A DNA stretch of 34,194 nt from Octopus bimaculoides (GCF_001194135.2 NC_068981.1:51968396-52002589); one strand, 5' to 3'. Counted from the first letter of the stretch, positions 1 through 13,004 are shown. Translations and numbers: made by a program. The notes: a model not told the origin generated them from the sequence alone.

Positions 1-37
<37 letters not shown>

Positions 38-44
38 ATACGGG

Positions 45-104
<60 letters not shown>
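1..104. repeat. Compound microsatellite (AG)n followed by (GATA)n
   Basis: Directly visible perfect dinucleotide tract, then tetranucleotide tract. Confidence 0.97.
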
Positions 105-105
<1 letters not shown>

Positions 106-299
106 TAAACACATGTATAAATATATATATACATAAATATATCCCAAGTTAATGATATTCAGGAGGCAATTTTGTGACCTTTTATGCGCGCTGAGGCAAG
201 AGAGTGCCTGTGTGCCTGTGTGTTCCCATGAATATGTTATACGACTGAATAATATATGTCTGCATATATACATATATTAAATATACAGATATTTATGGT

Positions 300-833
300 T
301 GTGCTCATATAAATATTCCACTGCATACGTAAACAACGCCTTGTGTACTACACACGGACTCAATTATATATAAACATACACGCACACATATATATATACA
401 CACATATATATACATATGCATATGTATATATACATATATGTGTATGTATATATGCAAATACGTACATACATACGTACTTATATGCATACATGCACGGAGA
501 TATGCGTAAATATAGCATGAATAGATAGATACATAGATAGATTAAAAATTATGTATGTATATATAATTGCATACAAGTGTGTGTCTGTGTTTCTGTGTGT
601 CTGTGTGTAGCTATGTATATCTTTACATGTATGTATTCATATACTTATATATACACCTTCCTGCAAACCTACATATAAATGTATATACATACCTATACAT
701 ATATATATGCACATACATATATGTTTGCATATACACAGTAACATACTTTGAAAAACACTCCATGGAAATCCCTTCTCCCACTTCTATACTCTCCCTCCCT
801 CTCTCACTCTTTCTCAGTCTCTCTTTCTTTCGT

Positions 834-868
<35 letters not shown>

Positions 869-1318
869 TCTCTTTTTCTCTCTCTCTACGCATAGATTTT
901 GTCCTCTAACATCCAAATTTGCATTCCACTTGCTTTCAAAACACATTCACTCAACACACACACTATCATTCACAAACGTATAAGCAGACAAATATTGAAA
1001 CATTTCACTCTTCCTACTTCTAATATTTTTCCATGTGTGCTTGTGTATTTCTTTCTGTCTGTGTACTTGTATGTGAGCGTTTGTGCATGTCTGTATGTGT
1101 GTGCGTGCGTGCGCGCATGTGTGTATGTGTGCCTCTTCGTGTGCACGCCACATGTGTGTGCGTGTTGTGTGCGTGTGTATATGTGCCAGGAAGGGAGACA
1201 GTATGTTTGACATTCACGCTCACTTTATCAATCTGTCTTTTTGTAGCATTGTCTGTTTCTCTCTCTTTTCTTCTTCTCTCTCTTTTCTTCTTCTCTCTCT
1301 CCGTTTCTCTCTCTGTCC

Positions 1319-1366
<48 letters not shown>

Positions 1367-2139
1367 NNNNNNNNNNNNNNNNNNNNNNNNNNNNNNNNNN
1401 NNNNNNNNNNNNNNNNNNNNNNNNNNNNNNNNNNNNNNNNNNNNNNNNNNNNNNNNNNNNNNNNNNNNNNNNNNNNNNNNNNNNNNNNNNNNNNNNNNNN
1501 NNNNNNNNNNNNNNNNNNNNNNNNNNNNNNNNNNNNNNNNNNNNNNNNNNNNNNNNNNNNNNNNNNNNNNNNNNNNNNNNNNNNNNNNNNNNNNNNNNNN
1601 NNNNNNNNNNNNNNNNNNNNNNNNNNNNNNNNNNNNNNNNNNNNNNNNNNNNNNNNNNNNNNNNNNNNNNNNNNNNNNNNNNNNNNNNNNNNNNNNNNNN
1701 NNNNNNNNNNNNNNNNNNNNNNNNNNNNNNNNNNNNNNNNNNNNNNNNNNNNNNNNNNNNNNNNNNNNNNNNNNNNNNNNNNNNNNNNNNNNNNNNNNNN
1801 NNNNNNNNNNNNNNNNNNNNNNNNNNNNNNNNNNNNNNNNNNNNNNNNNNNNNNNNNNNNNNNNNNNNNNNNNNNNNNNNNNNNNNNNNNNNNNNNNNNN
1901 NNNNNNNNNNNNNNNNNNNNNNNNNNNNNNNNNNNNNNNNNNNNNNNNNNNNNNNNNNNNNNNNNNNNNNNNNNNNNNNNNNNNNNNNNNNNNNNNNNNN
2001 NATATACATACATACATATACATACATACAGATATATATATATATATACACCTATATATATATATACATACGTGTGCATATATATGTATGTAATACACAT
2101 ATGCAAATATATATGTATATATATATATGTGTGTGTGTG

Positions 2140-2172
<33 letters not shown>

Positions 2173-2251
2173 ATGTGTGTACCACATCCTCGCGTTGTTT
2201 TTTCTTGTATATATGTATGTATGTATGCATATATTTACATATGTATATGTC

Positions 2252-2298
<47 letters not shown>

Positions 2299-2420
2299 AT
2301 ACATATAACATATACATATGTATATATATATGCATATGTATGTATACATATTGTGTGTGTTTATGTGTGTATGATGGTATCAATGTATGTATGTATGTAT
2401 TATGTATGTGTATATACGTC
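300..2420. repeat. Low-complexity compound microsatellite field (TA/CA/TG/CT) flanking an assembly gap (N 1367-2001)
   Basis: Alternating purine-pyrimidine and (CT)n tracts. They explain the [16 protein letters not shown] ORFs in the track. Confidence 0.95.
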
Positions 2421-2570
2421 AGCTGTCAAGCTACGCTCTTTTATGTTATGAGCTCAAATCTTATACACGGTGATCCTTTAATCAACTAGGGACAATAGGA
2501 TAAGTACTAATCAGGTATTAGAGCAAAATTAATCAGCTAAATACTTCATCATAATGTTTGTCTCTTCGTT

Positions 2571-2790
2571 AAGGCGGCAAGCCGGCAGAATCTTTACCGC
2601 CGAAGACAAAATGCTTAGTGGCATTGTGTCCGTCTTTACGTTCTGAGTTCGAATTCCACCGAGGTCGACTTTATCTTTCATCTTTTCGTTGTCGACAAAA
2701 TAAGTATCAGCTGACTATAGTGGCGATCTAATCGACTTAACCCTTCCTCCGAAATTGCTGGCCTTGTACCAAAATTTGAAATCAATATTT
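2571..2790 (+). mobile_element. tRNA-derived SINE (octopus-type family 1)
   Basis: GC-richer island beginning AAGGCGGCAAGCCGGCAGAATC (A-box-like) with B-box-like GAGTTCGAATTCC, then CCGAGGTCGACTTT..CTTTCATC..GTCGACAAAATAAGTA, the body of a high-copy octopus SINE as I remember it. Degenerate relatives occur at about 11600-11710 and 19175-19700. Confidence 0.85.
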
Positions 2791-2839
2791 GTCTTTTCGC
2801 TTGTATATTCGAAAACACACACACATACACATGCACATT

Positions 2840-2894
<55 letters not shown>

Positions 2895-2899
2895 GTGTG

Positions 2900-2931
<32 letters not shown>

Positions 2932-3269
2932 AACATGTATATATACATGTGTGTGTGCGTGTCTATGTATGTATATAGGTTTATATATGCCCTTATATGC
3001 ATATAAGTACACATAAATACTTTTCATATCAGGCTTTCTGATGAGCACCCGAATTGGCTGAAATGGATTTATAATACCGTATTGTATAAATATTAAAACA
3101 CACACACACATTCTAAAATGATATATGATGGTTATTAGAAATTCCATGTTGATTTCTGTGCTGCAGAACCACCGGGACTCAGACATTCCTTCAGTAATAC
3201 ATGTCCCTTCAGTATTACATGTCTCAAGGAATTGTCTACCTATCTAGACACTCCCACACTCCTGAACAT

Positions 3270-4200
3270 ACAATCTTTGCTGACATCTGAATTCCCTACA
3301 TTCACATGCCTCTGAAGTGTGCCAATAGGGGAGAAGAGAAGGTGCACCAAGAAAAGAAGGTAACCTGGTTTTATTCACAATTCAGCTTCCATTTTATATT
3401 TAATATAGCCAGGAAATTCTTGATTTTTAAGAGAACATTTCTAACCAACATATACAGCTTATGAAAACCAATAAGTTGACAGTCAGCTATTCCTGGCTAG
3501 ACAACATATTTCTCAGGTGACACAATACAACCGAAAACTTACAAACACACAGAACTTAAATCAACTTGTAACGACTGGAAAACTTATACCTGCCCACTGA
3601 GGAGGTCTCCATCGGAAGCAATAATTTATTGTGTATCTATAGCACCTTTGGTTGATATTGAAGAGAGTTGGATGCTATTGAAGAGAGGTGATATTAAAGA
3701 AAGTTTAAGATTCACTGAAAACATTCAAAATCACTTTTTATCACCATCAGCACTCACTGAGGTCAAATACCATAAAAAAAATTCCAAATCCTTATCCAAA
3801 GTCTTCTTGAAACTTGGGGATCAGTAAGCGTAACACCTTCCAATAACCTGAATTATCATAAATAAAACCATCCCATACGTCATTAAACAGCATTCTTCGT
3901 GTTACTTTAAAGCACCATCTACTAAGACAGTAAGTGACGTTACTTAACCGCAAATCAGAGATATTATCTAATTGTCATAATCTTAGAAATGTCCTCTTGT
4001 ACGAAGGAATAATCTCTTCCTCACGCCCAAAAATCCAAAGACAACAAATTCCACTCAATAGCCATGGAACGTAACAACCGTCATTTATAGTCGCACCTTC
4101 ATTATTAAAAGAGTGTACTGATGGTGGGAGGTTCTTCCCTTAATCAATAGAATTTCAATCAGCAATATTTCCGTTTTTCAACATATTCGATCACGTAGCA
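3270..4200 (+). mobile_element. Decayed CR1/L2-like (jockey-group) LINE, C-terminal half of the RT ORF
   Basis: Hand translation of the + strand. IFADI resembles (L)FADD. Stop-free stretch 3501-3824 contains APLVDIEESWMLLKRGDIKESLRFTENI (like P.LEY...W.P..KGDI..LE....RFT..I) and LKLGD (like LRGD). RTFIIKRVY*WWEVLP (about 4092-4140) is like the RKNFFSNRVVNxWNSLP end motif of CR1/L2. Confidence 0.55.
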
Positions 4201-4562
4201 CCTTTTCACAAATGCGAATCCACCTAGCTGGTGCATTGCAGACATATATAATATAACAAATTAAATGCGCACTGTAATATTTCGAGTAACAACAGAAAGA
4301 ATCATCAACTGATTTCCCCTACTTATGTCATAAATACATAGTGTATACTTATGTGTACCTGAGTGCGTTCGTGTTTGAATATGTCCGCGAGTGTGTTATG
4401 GGCATGTGTATAGTGACAAAGTGCGTGAATTTTATTTTTGTCTACATATATTACAAGAAACAAGTTGCTGGGTTGAGAATACTGTGTTTGATATCCTCTG
4501 TATCTATCTATCTATCTATCTATCTATTTATCTATCTATCTATCTACCTATTTATCTATATA

Positions 4563-4607
<45 letters not shown>

Positions 4608-5327
4608 NNNNNNNNNNNNNNNNNNNNNNNNNNNNNNNNNNNNNNNNNNNNNNNNNNNNNNNNNNNNNNNNNNNNNNNNNNNNNNNNNNNNNNNNNNNNN
4701 NNNNNNNNNNNNNNNNNNNNNNNNNNNNNNNNNNNNNNNNNNNNNNNNNNNNNNNNNNNNNNNNNNNNNNNNNNNNNNNNNNNNNNNNNNNNNNNNNNNN
4801 NNNNNNNNNNNNNNNNNNNNNNNNNNNNNNNNNNNNNNNNNNNNNNNNNNNNNNNNNNNNNNNNNNNNNNNNNNNNNNNNNNNNNNNNNNNNNNNNNNNN
4901 NNNNNNNNNNNNNNNNNNNNNNNNNNNNNNNNNNNNNNNNNNNNNNNNNNNNNNNNNNNNNNNNNNNNNNNNNNNNNNNNNNNNNNNNNNNNNNNNNNNN
5001 NNNNNNNNNNNNNNNNNNNNNNNNNNNNNNNNNNNNNNNNNNNNNNNNNNNNNNNNNNNNNNNNNNNNNNNNNNNNNNNNNNNNNNNNNNNNNNNNNNNN
5101 NNNNNNNNNNNNNNNNNNNNNNNNNNNNNNNNNNNNNNNNNNNNNNNNNNNNNNNNNNNNNNNNNNNNNNNNNNNNNNNNNNNNNNNNNNNNNNNNNNNN
5201 NNNNNNNNNNNNNNNNNNNNNNNNNNNNNNNNNNNNNNNNNNNNNNNNNNNNNNNNNNNNNNNNNNNNNNNNNNNNNNNNNNNNNNNNNNNNNNNNNNNN
5301 NNNNNNNNNNNNNNNNNNNNNNNNNNN

Positions 5328-5384
<57 letters not shown>

Positions 5385-5857
5385 CGCGCGCGTATGCATT
5401 TTCGCTAATTTTCAACCAATGGAGAAAAAGTTGGATTCTAATCTAGAGAAAAACTCGTTGAAATTTAGGCAGCATAAACAAGATAGTCTTGTCATAAGTA
5501 TTTACGTATGTAGGTATGCACGCGCGTATGCTTGCACGCATGTACGCATGTACACACATGTATACACATGTATACACAAGAGCGCAAGCATGAATGTCAT
5601 TGCACATGTGGATCTTACTACATACTAAACGTCTTGAATCTTTTCCATATTTTGACAGTATTTTAGATAACTTGTATCTGTAATCTTTTAATTAAGCCTG
5701 TTCTTTCTGGTTTTGTGGAACACAGGTTCTCAAGATTTGCACTGAGGCAATTAGTCACGTAACCAAATGTTCCAATAATTATAGGTTGAAATATAAAACT
5801 ATAGTGTGGACGAAGTAATTTTAGATTTCTTATCAGCATCGCATGTATTTTCTTTAG

Positions 5858-5920
5858 GCTTATCTAAATTTTCAGAAATCAAGCAGGTCACTAACAAAGA
5901 GACAAGGTTCCTTTGTTCAG
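5858..5920 (+). other. Candidate exon (63 nt, phase 1-1): LSKFSEIKQVTNKETRFLCS
   Basis: Acceptor catgtattttctttAG and donor CAG|GTcaag. The frame is open and phase-compatible with 7034-7131. Confidence 0.2.
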
Positions 5921-5977
5921 GTCAAGACTGCTCTTGGGGTTTAAGGATAGCTGAATTGGTTGCTGTATGCAAATATA

Positions 5978-6079
<102 letters not shown>

Positions 6080-6832
6080 CGTGGATATATTTGCATTCGT
6101 GTTGTGAGTTTGCCTGTCATTTTAGTGTGCAAGTGTTTGTGCTTCATTAATATTGAGGCATGTGTTAGCATCCGTGTTTGTGTATCTGCCTGTGTTTGTG
6201 TGTATGTCTGTGTTTTGTATGTATTCTATAAGCATATATATATATGCGTATGAAACAGACATGTATGTATGTTAGTGCATGAGGGAAATAAAACGCTGAA
6301 ATATTGACACGTNNNNNNNNNNNNNNNNNNNNNNNNNNNNNNNNNNNNNNNNNNNNNNNNNNNNNNNNNNNNNNNNNNNNNNNNNNNNNNNNNNNNNNNN
6401 NNNNNNNNNNNNNNNNNNNNNNNNNNNNNNNNNNNNNNNNNNNNNNNNNNNNNNNNNNNNNNNNNNNNNNNNNNNNNNNNNNNNNNNNNNNNNNNNNNNN
6501 NNNNNNNNNNNNNNNNNNNNNNNNNNNNNNNNNNNNNNNNNNNNNNNNNNNNNNNNNNNNNNNNNNNNNNNNNNNNNNNNNNNNNNNNNNNNNNNNNNNN
6601 NNNNNNNNNNNNNNNNNNNNNNNNNNNNNNNNNNNNNNNNNNNNNNNNNNNNNNNNNNNNNNNNNNNNNNNNNNNNNNNNNNNNNNNNNNNNNNNNNNNN
6701 NNNNNNNNNNNNNNNNNNNNNNNNNNNNNNNNNNNNNNNNNNNNNNNNNNNNNNNNNNNNNNNNNNNNNNNNNNNNNNNNNNNNNNNNNNNNNNNNNNNN
6801 NNNNNNNNNNNNNNNNNNNNNNNNNNNNNNNN

Positions 6833-6863
<31 letters not shown>

Positions 6864-7033
6864 TTACACACACACACACACACACATGATTTTGTATGCT
6901 TGTACGTGTGAAAGTCTTTGAGAAAAACAAGTTGCAAAAGATGGAAAGAGATCATTCAGTTAATGATAAAATAACAGTTGTGATTATAGTTATATATTGG
7001 GCGTGCCTAACTCTGCATTAGTTCTGTTTCAAG

Positions 7034-7131
7034 GAAGACTCCAACAACTATTTAGACGTACTTTACAGAATGCTGGAGACAGCACAGGCCTAAATCGATA
7101 CACATTCTTTACTACAACACTTGACATCAAG
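7034..7131 (+). other. Candidate coding exon (98 nt): (G)RLQQLFRRTLQNAGDSTGLNRYTFFTTTLDIK
   Basis: Acceptor ttctgtttcaAG and donor AAG|GTacgc. Only one frame is open. No homology recognised. Confidence 0.35.
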
Positions 7132-7720
7132 GTACGCAAATTGCTGTGATCTTACGGTGTGTGTTCATAAGTTCATAAAAAAATACACGTGCTCCATTAT
7201 GCATGTGTGTCTGTGTTTTGTGAAAGAGGATGTGGGTAGAGTCAAGAACTGATAGTTTTTATCGGCAATAATGCTGTGTGTAATAATTCTGTGTCAGTCA
7301 TATCATGTTCAGAGAAAATTTATATGTACATATACGTAAGCTTATCAGAGAAGATGTGCTCGGAAGATCCATAAACAAAACTTAAGCAACCCAACTAGAG
7401 GTGAAAAATTCGAAATTGAATACAAACGAGAAGACTACTACATTTAGTTTAGTTATTTGAATGTATAAAGCCACTAGAACATACTAGTCTATGGGTAAAA
7501 GTAGAATTTCTGTTCATTCTCTGCCCATTCTATCAACAAATACATTCTAATGATCATTTCATATTAATAATCTTGTAGTGAGGTAGGATCTGAATTCTTC
7601 GTTAACGACAAAGAATTAATATTGGTTCTGAAAGTGAAAAGTTGCACATTCACAAATTTGTAATGTGGCACAACCTTGTAGCAGTTGCTTTTGGCTAACC
7701 AGATTTTCTAAGATATACAG

Positions 7721-7818
7721 TTTATTGTTAGACGATACAAGGAGTATTATATGGCCCGGTTTTACACCATTACGCCCTCATACCGCAGCTATCGGTTGTT
7801 ACTAGAGTTACAAAATAG
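7721..7818 (+). other. Candidate coding exon (98 nt): FIVRRYKEYYMARFYTITPSYRSYRLLLELQN
   Basis: Acceptor atatacAG and donor TAG|GTaaag. GC/CpG-richer than the flanks; phase 0 matches the preceding candidate exon. Confidence 0.35.
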
Positions 7819-8278
7819 GTAAAGAAGTACAGTTCCGACCCATATATCCGGTAAGCCTGAGACCGAAAGTGACTCGGATTTCTGGATGTTTTTTTTTTTT
7901 AGGGGTTTTTTTTTTTTGCTTGCTTATTTTCTTCAGACAGCTTAAATATATGCTTAAAATATAAAATAAACTATGAAAAGTAAATAGCTAAATTGTATTT
8001 AACAGATTCAAATCAATACATTTGGGAAGCATGGTCTGTATGATATCTATTAATCCACTTAAAATTAATAAGGTATATCACTCTATGATGAAAATTAAAC
8101 AAAGAAAAGCAAAGAATATGATTTTATTTGACGGACATAGGTAAAGGTTAATATGCTTCTAAAGCAGTGTATGTTTAATATTTATCAATCCATTTAAAGA
8201 AGTAGAGAACAAAACTATTTTTAACACACACATGCAAATTAACAAATTTCATAAACAATGTCTGTGTACTCATTATAG

Positions 8279-8332
8279 GATGCAGCACATTTCATGGTAT
8301 TCCACTGTATTCTTGGATTTCTGGAACAAGAG
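8279..8332 (+). other. Candidate coding exon (54 nt, phase 2-2): (R)MQHISWYSTVFLDFWNK
   Basis: Acceptor tactcattatAG and donor GAG|GTcggt. Phase-compatible with 7721-7818. Confidence 0.25.
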
Positions 8333-9058
8333 GTCGGTTATTGTGTTATCAAAAAACAGTCCTATTTGATAATTGCTGCAGAAATAAATGCATTTTATGA
8401 GCATCAATACAGAGTATAAGAATGTGAGTTATTTACAAAGCATAGTGGGTCACAGTAAACTTCAATTTAGAACTGTCCTGATTCCCAAAAATATGGTCTT
8501 TCATCGCTTACCTCTCTCTGAATTACATCTTTACGTGAATAACATTATATAGAAATTCAATTTATATATAGCCTTTCAGAAAGCGAAGAGCTTGTTCATT
8601 TTTTTAATAACCAACAATCGTTAATTTACTTGACTCACTTCCTCAAGCATTAAGTTTATTAACCTTCTAACTATAATTACAAGGCTATAGATATAACGCA
8701 AAGGTTTCTTTTTATTATAAGCTTCACTTTATATTACAATATGGAGTATACAGAATATTTTTAGCTCAAGTTGGATACTGAATTAATGTTATTTTTAAAA
8801 ATGACAAAATATTTATCATAGAACAGCTTAAGGCTAACGTTCAAACCAATCACAATAGCTACTTGGATCAAACATCTATAGAAACGTATATAATCATTCC
8901 TTTATATATGAAGAAAATTCTAAACTGCTGTTGATTGCTTTGTATATCTCGCATGCTCGATCTTGTGATGGTAATCTTGAAAGATTGATTTCCTAAGAAT
9001 ACAAAACTCTTCAGTTTCTATAGTAAGCTTGTACAAAATGACTTTAATCTTAACATAG

Positions 9059-9953
9059 CATTGAATTACAAAGAACAGATATCAATTTACCGATATTCAA
9101 GGTTTCTTTCTTGTTTTCTTTTCTTTTTTTTGTTGCTTTTTTGTGTTTTGGGGTTTTTCTTTTCTTTTTTGCGGTGTACATCTTACAGGGACAATTTACA
9201 AGCATTGTACTGGGCCATTTCATTCAGCATTGCTTGTGATGTATGCAAGGAATAAAATGGACAATTTCTCCCCTGACAACTGAAGTTCTCGAATTATCCA
9301 GAATATCCAGTTTTGAGTTAAACAATAACCAAACATTATGTAGGAACGTGAGTAGTTTCCTGTTATATTCTAGGCCTCAAAATCTCTAGTTTCCTTTCAT
9401 GGCTATTGCGTTACTATAACAAAACAAAAACTATCTCAAAGTTAAGAGCCCTCTTCAATGCCACGGGATATTTTCACGCTGAAGAGTCTACAATATACAA
9501 GAATAACGCGCGTAAGATTACTGCTTACATATTTAGATCAGTTCTGCTCCTACGCATGAACACATTCTTTTTCAAATCCACAAACAAACTGACTGACAAG
9601 CCTTTACTTACCTACACTCCTACAGATGCATCAGACATCGGTTTACAGATGTCCATAAACTGTATAGGTTTCAATAGGTCAGGACGAACTGCGAATCGTA
9701 GTCACACTCCTTTTTCCTGGCTAAGCCATAGAAAATCTCTACTGAACTTTCTCAGTGAACTGATTAGATATAAGCATATAAGCATGCATGTGTGTGCACA
9801 CATTGTGTCTGTCTAATAAGTCAAATGTAATAAACCTTAGCCGTTATTAAGAAACAGGTATTCGGATACTCCTAAATATTTTGTTGTCTTCTGCAAGAAA
9901 TTACCGAGGAATACATTTTTGAACTATTAACAAACCGTTTCCAGATAAACTAA
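9059..9953 (+). pseudogene. Phase-consistent five-exon chain (9059-9101, 9189-9347, 9442-9511, 9626-9667, 9898-9953) with one in-frame TGA at 9237-9239
   Basis: Introns of 87, 94, 114 and 230 nt with GT..AG ends. Strong donors GTGAGT (9348) and GTAAGA (9512); strong polypyrimidine acceptors before 9189, 9626 and 9898. Spliced translation: IELQRTDINLPIFK-GQFTSIVLGHFIQHCL*CMQGIKWTISPLTTEVLELSRISSFELNNNQTLCRN-LRALFNATGYFHAEESTIYKNNA-H-ASDIGLQMSINCI-E-ITEEYIFELLTNRFQIN*. Confidence 0.3.
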
Positions 9954-11599
9954 GACACCTTTTATATAATACAAATTCCGACCAAAATAAGGTAATATAT
10001 ATTATTTAGAACAGTCATCTTAAAGTAGTGAGTTGGGAACCATTATAGTGTCTAGTTTCAGACCACACTCTGACATTCATTATTCGATAATTTAACTTAT
10101 AATGATAAACTATTTATTACATACACGAGAGAAATCGTAGCAATCAAATATTAAATGTTTGTAATTTCCATTTGACTATTCGTATGCAACAGAAGTCATC
10201 AATAATTCATTAGCACTACAGTCGACCATACTTTTCACAGGGGCAACAATAATGAAAGTGAAGTAAAATAGCGGCAAACTGGAATCAAAAGTGAGTTGTA
10301 CATTCATCTCGCCGGGAGATGACTTCTTGCCTACAAGGTTCACCTGTTAATATAGAAACTCAGGAACAATATGTGATGTATTTCTAACCATCATTCAGGC
10401 TTAATAAATTTTATAACTTTTATTTTTAACAGAATTAATTTTGTTATTTTAATTTAAAACGTGAAATATAATCTCCATTCGAAGTACAATCTTCGGATAA
10501 AACTTGAGTTGAGGGAATGGGATTTGAGAGATCTTCATTAGAGTGTATTGCAATGGAACGTTCCGGCGAAAGCAAAAGATCAGAAAAGGATGAAGCTGAT
10601 GGTCAGATAATTGAACATGGATTTTCGCATGCTAGAAGATGTCAAAAACTTTGCTGATATCAAAGGCAATTTTATATTGTCAATGAACTGTTGGGATTTC
10701 ATCTTCAAATAAACCTTGACATTTAGACAAATATCTAAGGAACAAATTTCTCTATGAAACAATTTCACTCTCCATATCAGCACATAAAACTGTAAGATTT
10801 TTCAGATTCTGGCACTTCTGTGTTTCCTCTTTAACTAATTCAACTGAGAAATGTCTTCATACTTCTTGTACTAAGACCAACGTGACTCCACAATCACTGA
10901 TCAGTTATAGTTCTATCAAAGAACACGAAAACTCAGCATTTGAAAGTGATCGCTTTTGTTCCATAATCTTCTTGTAAGATTCCTTAGATTGTTAGGATTC
11001 CTCACACTGATTTTCTTCAGATATCCTTATGTCCCTGTTGAGAATATTCTTCAAGTGTTCTATAAAGCTTATAAACTTCCGTTGCAGTTCCAGTGACAGT
11101 TGCATATGGTTAAATATTATCAGCTTTTTTCCTTAAGTTAGCTACTTTATAATATTGTACATAGTATCATATATATTCGTGTTCATTTATGGATTTTTGC
11201 CTGCTCGTGTTAAAATTTACTTTTACTGCTTGCATAAGCGTACTTATAAAACGTGAGAAACGAAAGTTTCCACACTTTTCTTGTATGAACAAAATATTGT
11301 TCTCAAGTACAGTGAATGATTAAAAATTAAGTTTGTAAGAAAAATGTGTAATACAAGAAAGAAAATAATAGAAACATTTGATATTTGTAGGGATTTTGCT
11401 TGGCATGTTCACAACGCTAACTGTTGTGCTTTACATAGCTACTACTTCTGCTATTGCTACATTTACGTTTGAAAACTTGTTCGAATCACTACTATTGTGT
11501 GTAATACTATTATAATCGTTATTCAGTTACTGTTACCACTATTGTAACTTGTCAACTAGTTATGATTTTTAAAATTGTAATTCTCGTGGCATTTGAAGT

Positions 11600-11710
11600 A
11601 TGAATGCGTGGAGGCTGAACAGAATAATTTACAGTATTTAGAAACATCCCTTTGCGTGTTGAGTTCAAGTTCCATGAAGATCGACTTTGTTTTTAATCCA
11701 TCCAGGACCT
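11600..11710 (+). mobile_element. Degenerate SINE family 1 remnant
   Basis: TTTGCGTGTTGAGTTCAAGTTCCATGAAGATCGACTTTGTTTTTAATCC aligns by eye to TTTACGTTCTGAGTTCGAATTCCACCGAGGTCGACTTTATCTTTCATC of the 2571-2790 copy. Confidence 0.45.
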
Positions 11711-12566
11711 CTGCAATAAATCACCAATCATGCTCGTGTACATGCTGGTGTACACATGTGTAAATGTTAGGAAACAATAATATAAATTATAATAAATGCT
11801 AACTCTAAGTTGAAATAATTTTTGTTGTTGGTTGTACGTCATCATAATATCACATTCGTTAATGTGATGTTGAAAAAAAGTTGCTTTAAAGGAATTAAAG
11901 CAGCTTTTTCAACCTTTTACAACCGGCAGCAAAATGAAAAAGGTTACAAATGTGTTAAAGAACTCCAACTGACTTTTCGTAAACTTTTATAATATTAAAA
12001 AAACGGGTATTGAAATTGCTTTGAAACAGAGATAGAATCACGCAGTGCAATTTGCAGCAAAAGAATATATAGGCACTGGCGAAATGTATGGAAAATACTC
12101 AGACTTTCTAAACATCCTTGCCTTTTTTGATTCGCCTCAAGATCTAGCACAACTTCGGACATTACGTGGCACAGAAATGTGCTGCTATACAGTAGTTGAA
12201 AACATCTGCTTTAAAGTATTGTATTGAGAACCGTTAGATATAACTGATCATAGATATTTAGGTTTGATTAATCATACAGGTTATTAAATTAGTGATGATG
12301 ACTAGCTCAGGGGACAAGTCTAGCTCACCGAATGTGTGACTCTCTTACGATGTGATTTCGTCCTACTGTATACGACGATGTGGTATGATACATCCAGATA
12401 TTTTACTGAGTAGAAACTAGGTTTTGAACTCAATACACTGAAGTTAAATTATGATTTCAGTTAAAGCTCCCAAAATTATTCCGACAGACCAGGACTTTTG
12501 TGAGGATAGCCATCGATCCAACAAATAACAGTTGTTATTTGCTAGAATTATGTCCAGTAGAACTAC

Positions 12567-12608
12567 CTCAAGTAACGTAAAATACCACTCAAGAAACGTA
12601 AAATACCA
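12567..12608. repeat. 21-bp tandem duplication (CTCAAGWAACGTAAAATACCA x2)
   Basis: Two adjacent copies with 1 mismatch. Confidence 0.85.
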
Positions 12609-12737
12609 GTCAATATAGTTTTGAAAACAGTAATAGTGATTCGTTTCAAAATAAATTAATTTGAGCCACTGAAATCATTTTCATTACAAAAGAACCTAAG
12701 GATTGTTTGAGTATCATTTTCGATTGAGCAGACACAA

Positions 12738-13004
12738 AATCTGTGAGTTTGTGTCTCTATACCACTACGAAGCGACCCATATGTAACGCAGCATTTATGC
12801 ACAATAAAGTAATGTTAAACGCTGCTTTAGATGTAGAACACCGGTACATGTTCATTTCTCAAAAGCATAAGATCGTCCGTTCAAATGCTATAAGGAGTAT
12901 TTTGTGACGTGACTCAAACATTTCCCAAGTGATATAGGGATATCACTATATGGATGAAACTATACAGATAGAGATACGACAAACAATTGAAACTGAATCG
13001 CCAA
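12738..13004 (+). repeat. Direct duplication, copy 1 (267 bp); partner at 17975-18226
   Basis: Manual alignment gives 16 substitutions over 252 aligned bases plus one 15-bp indel. Confidence 0.95.

Noticed and set aside
12300-12380. LRGQV*LTECVTLLRCDFVLLYT resembling the YqaJ/lambda-exonuclease GQ...CDFV motif
   Set aside because: Only one short motif matches, with no upstream PD-(D/E)xK motifs; compatible with chance or with the LRP-like reading.
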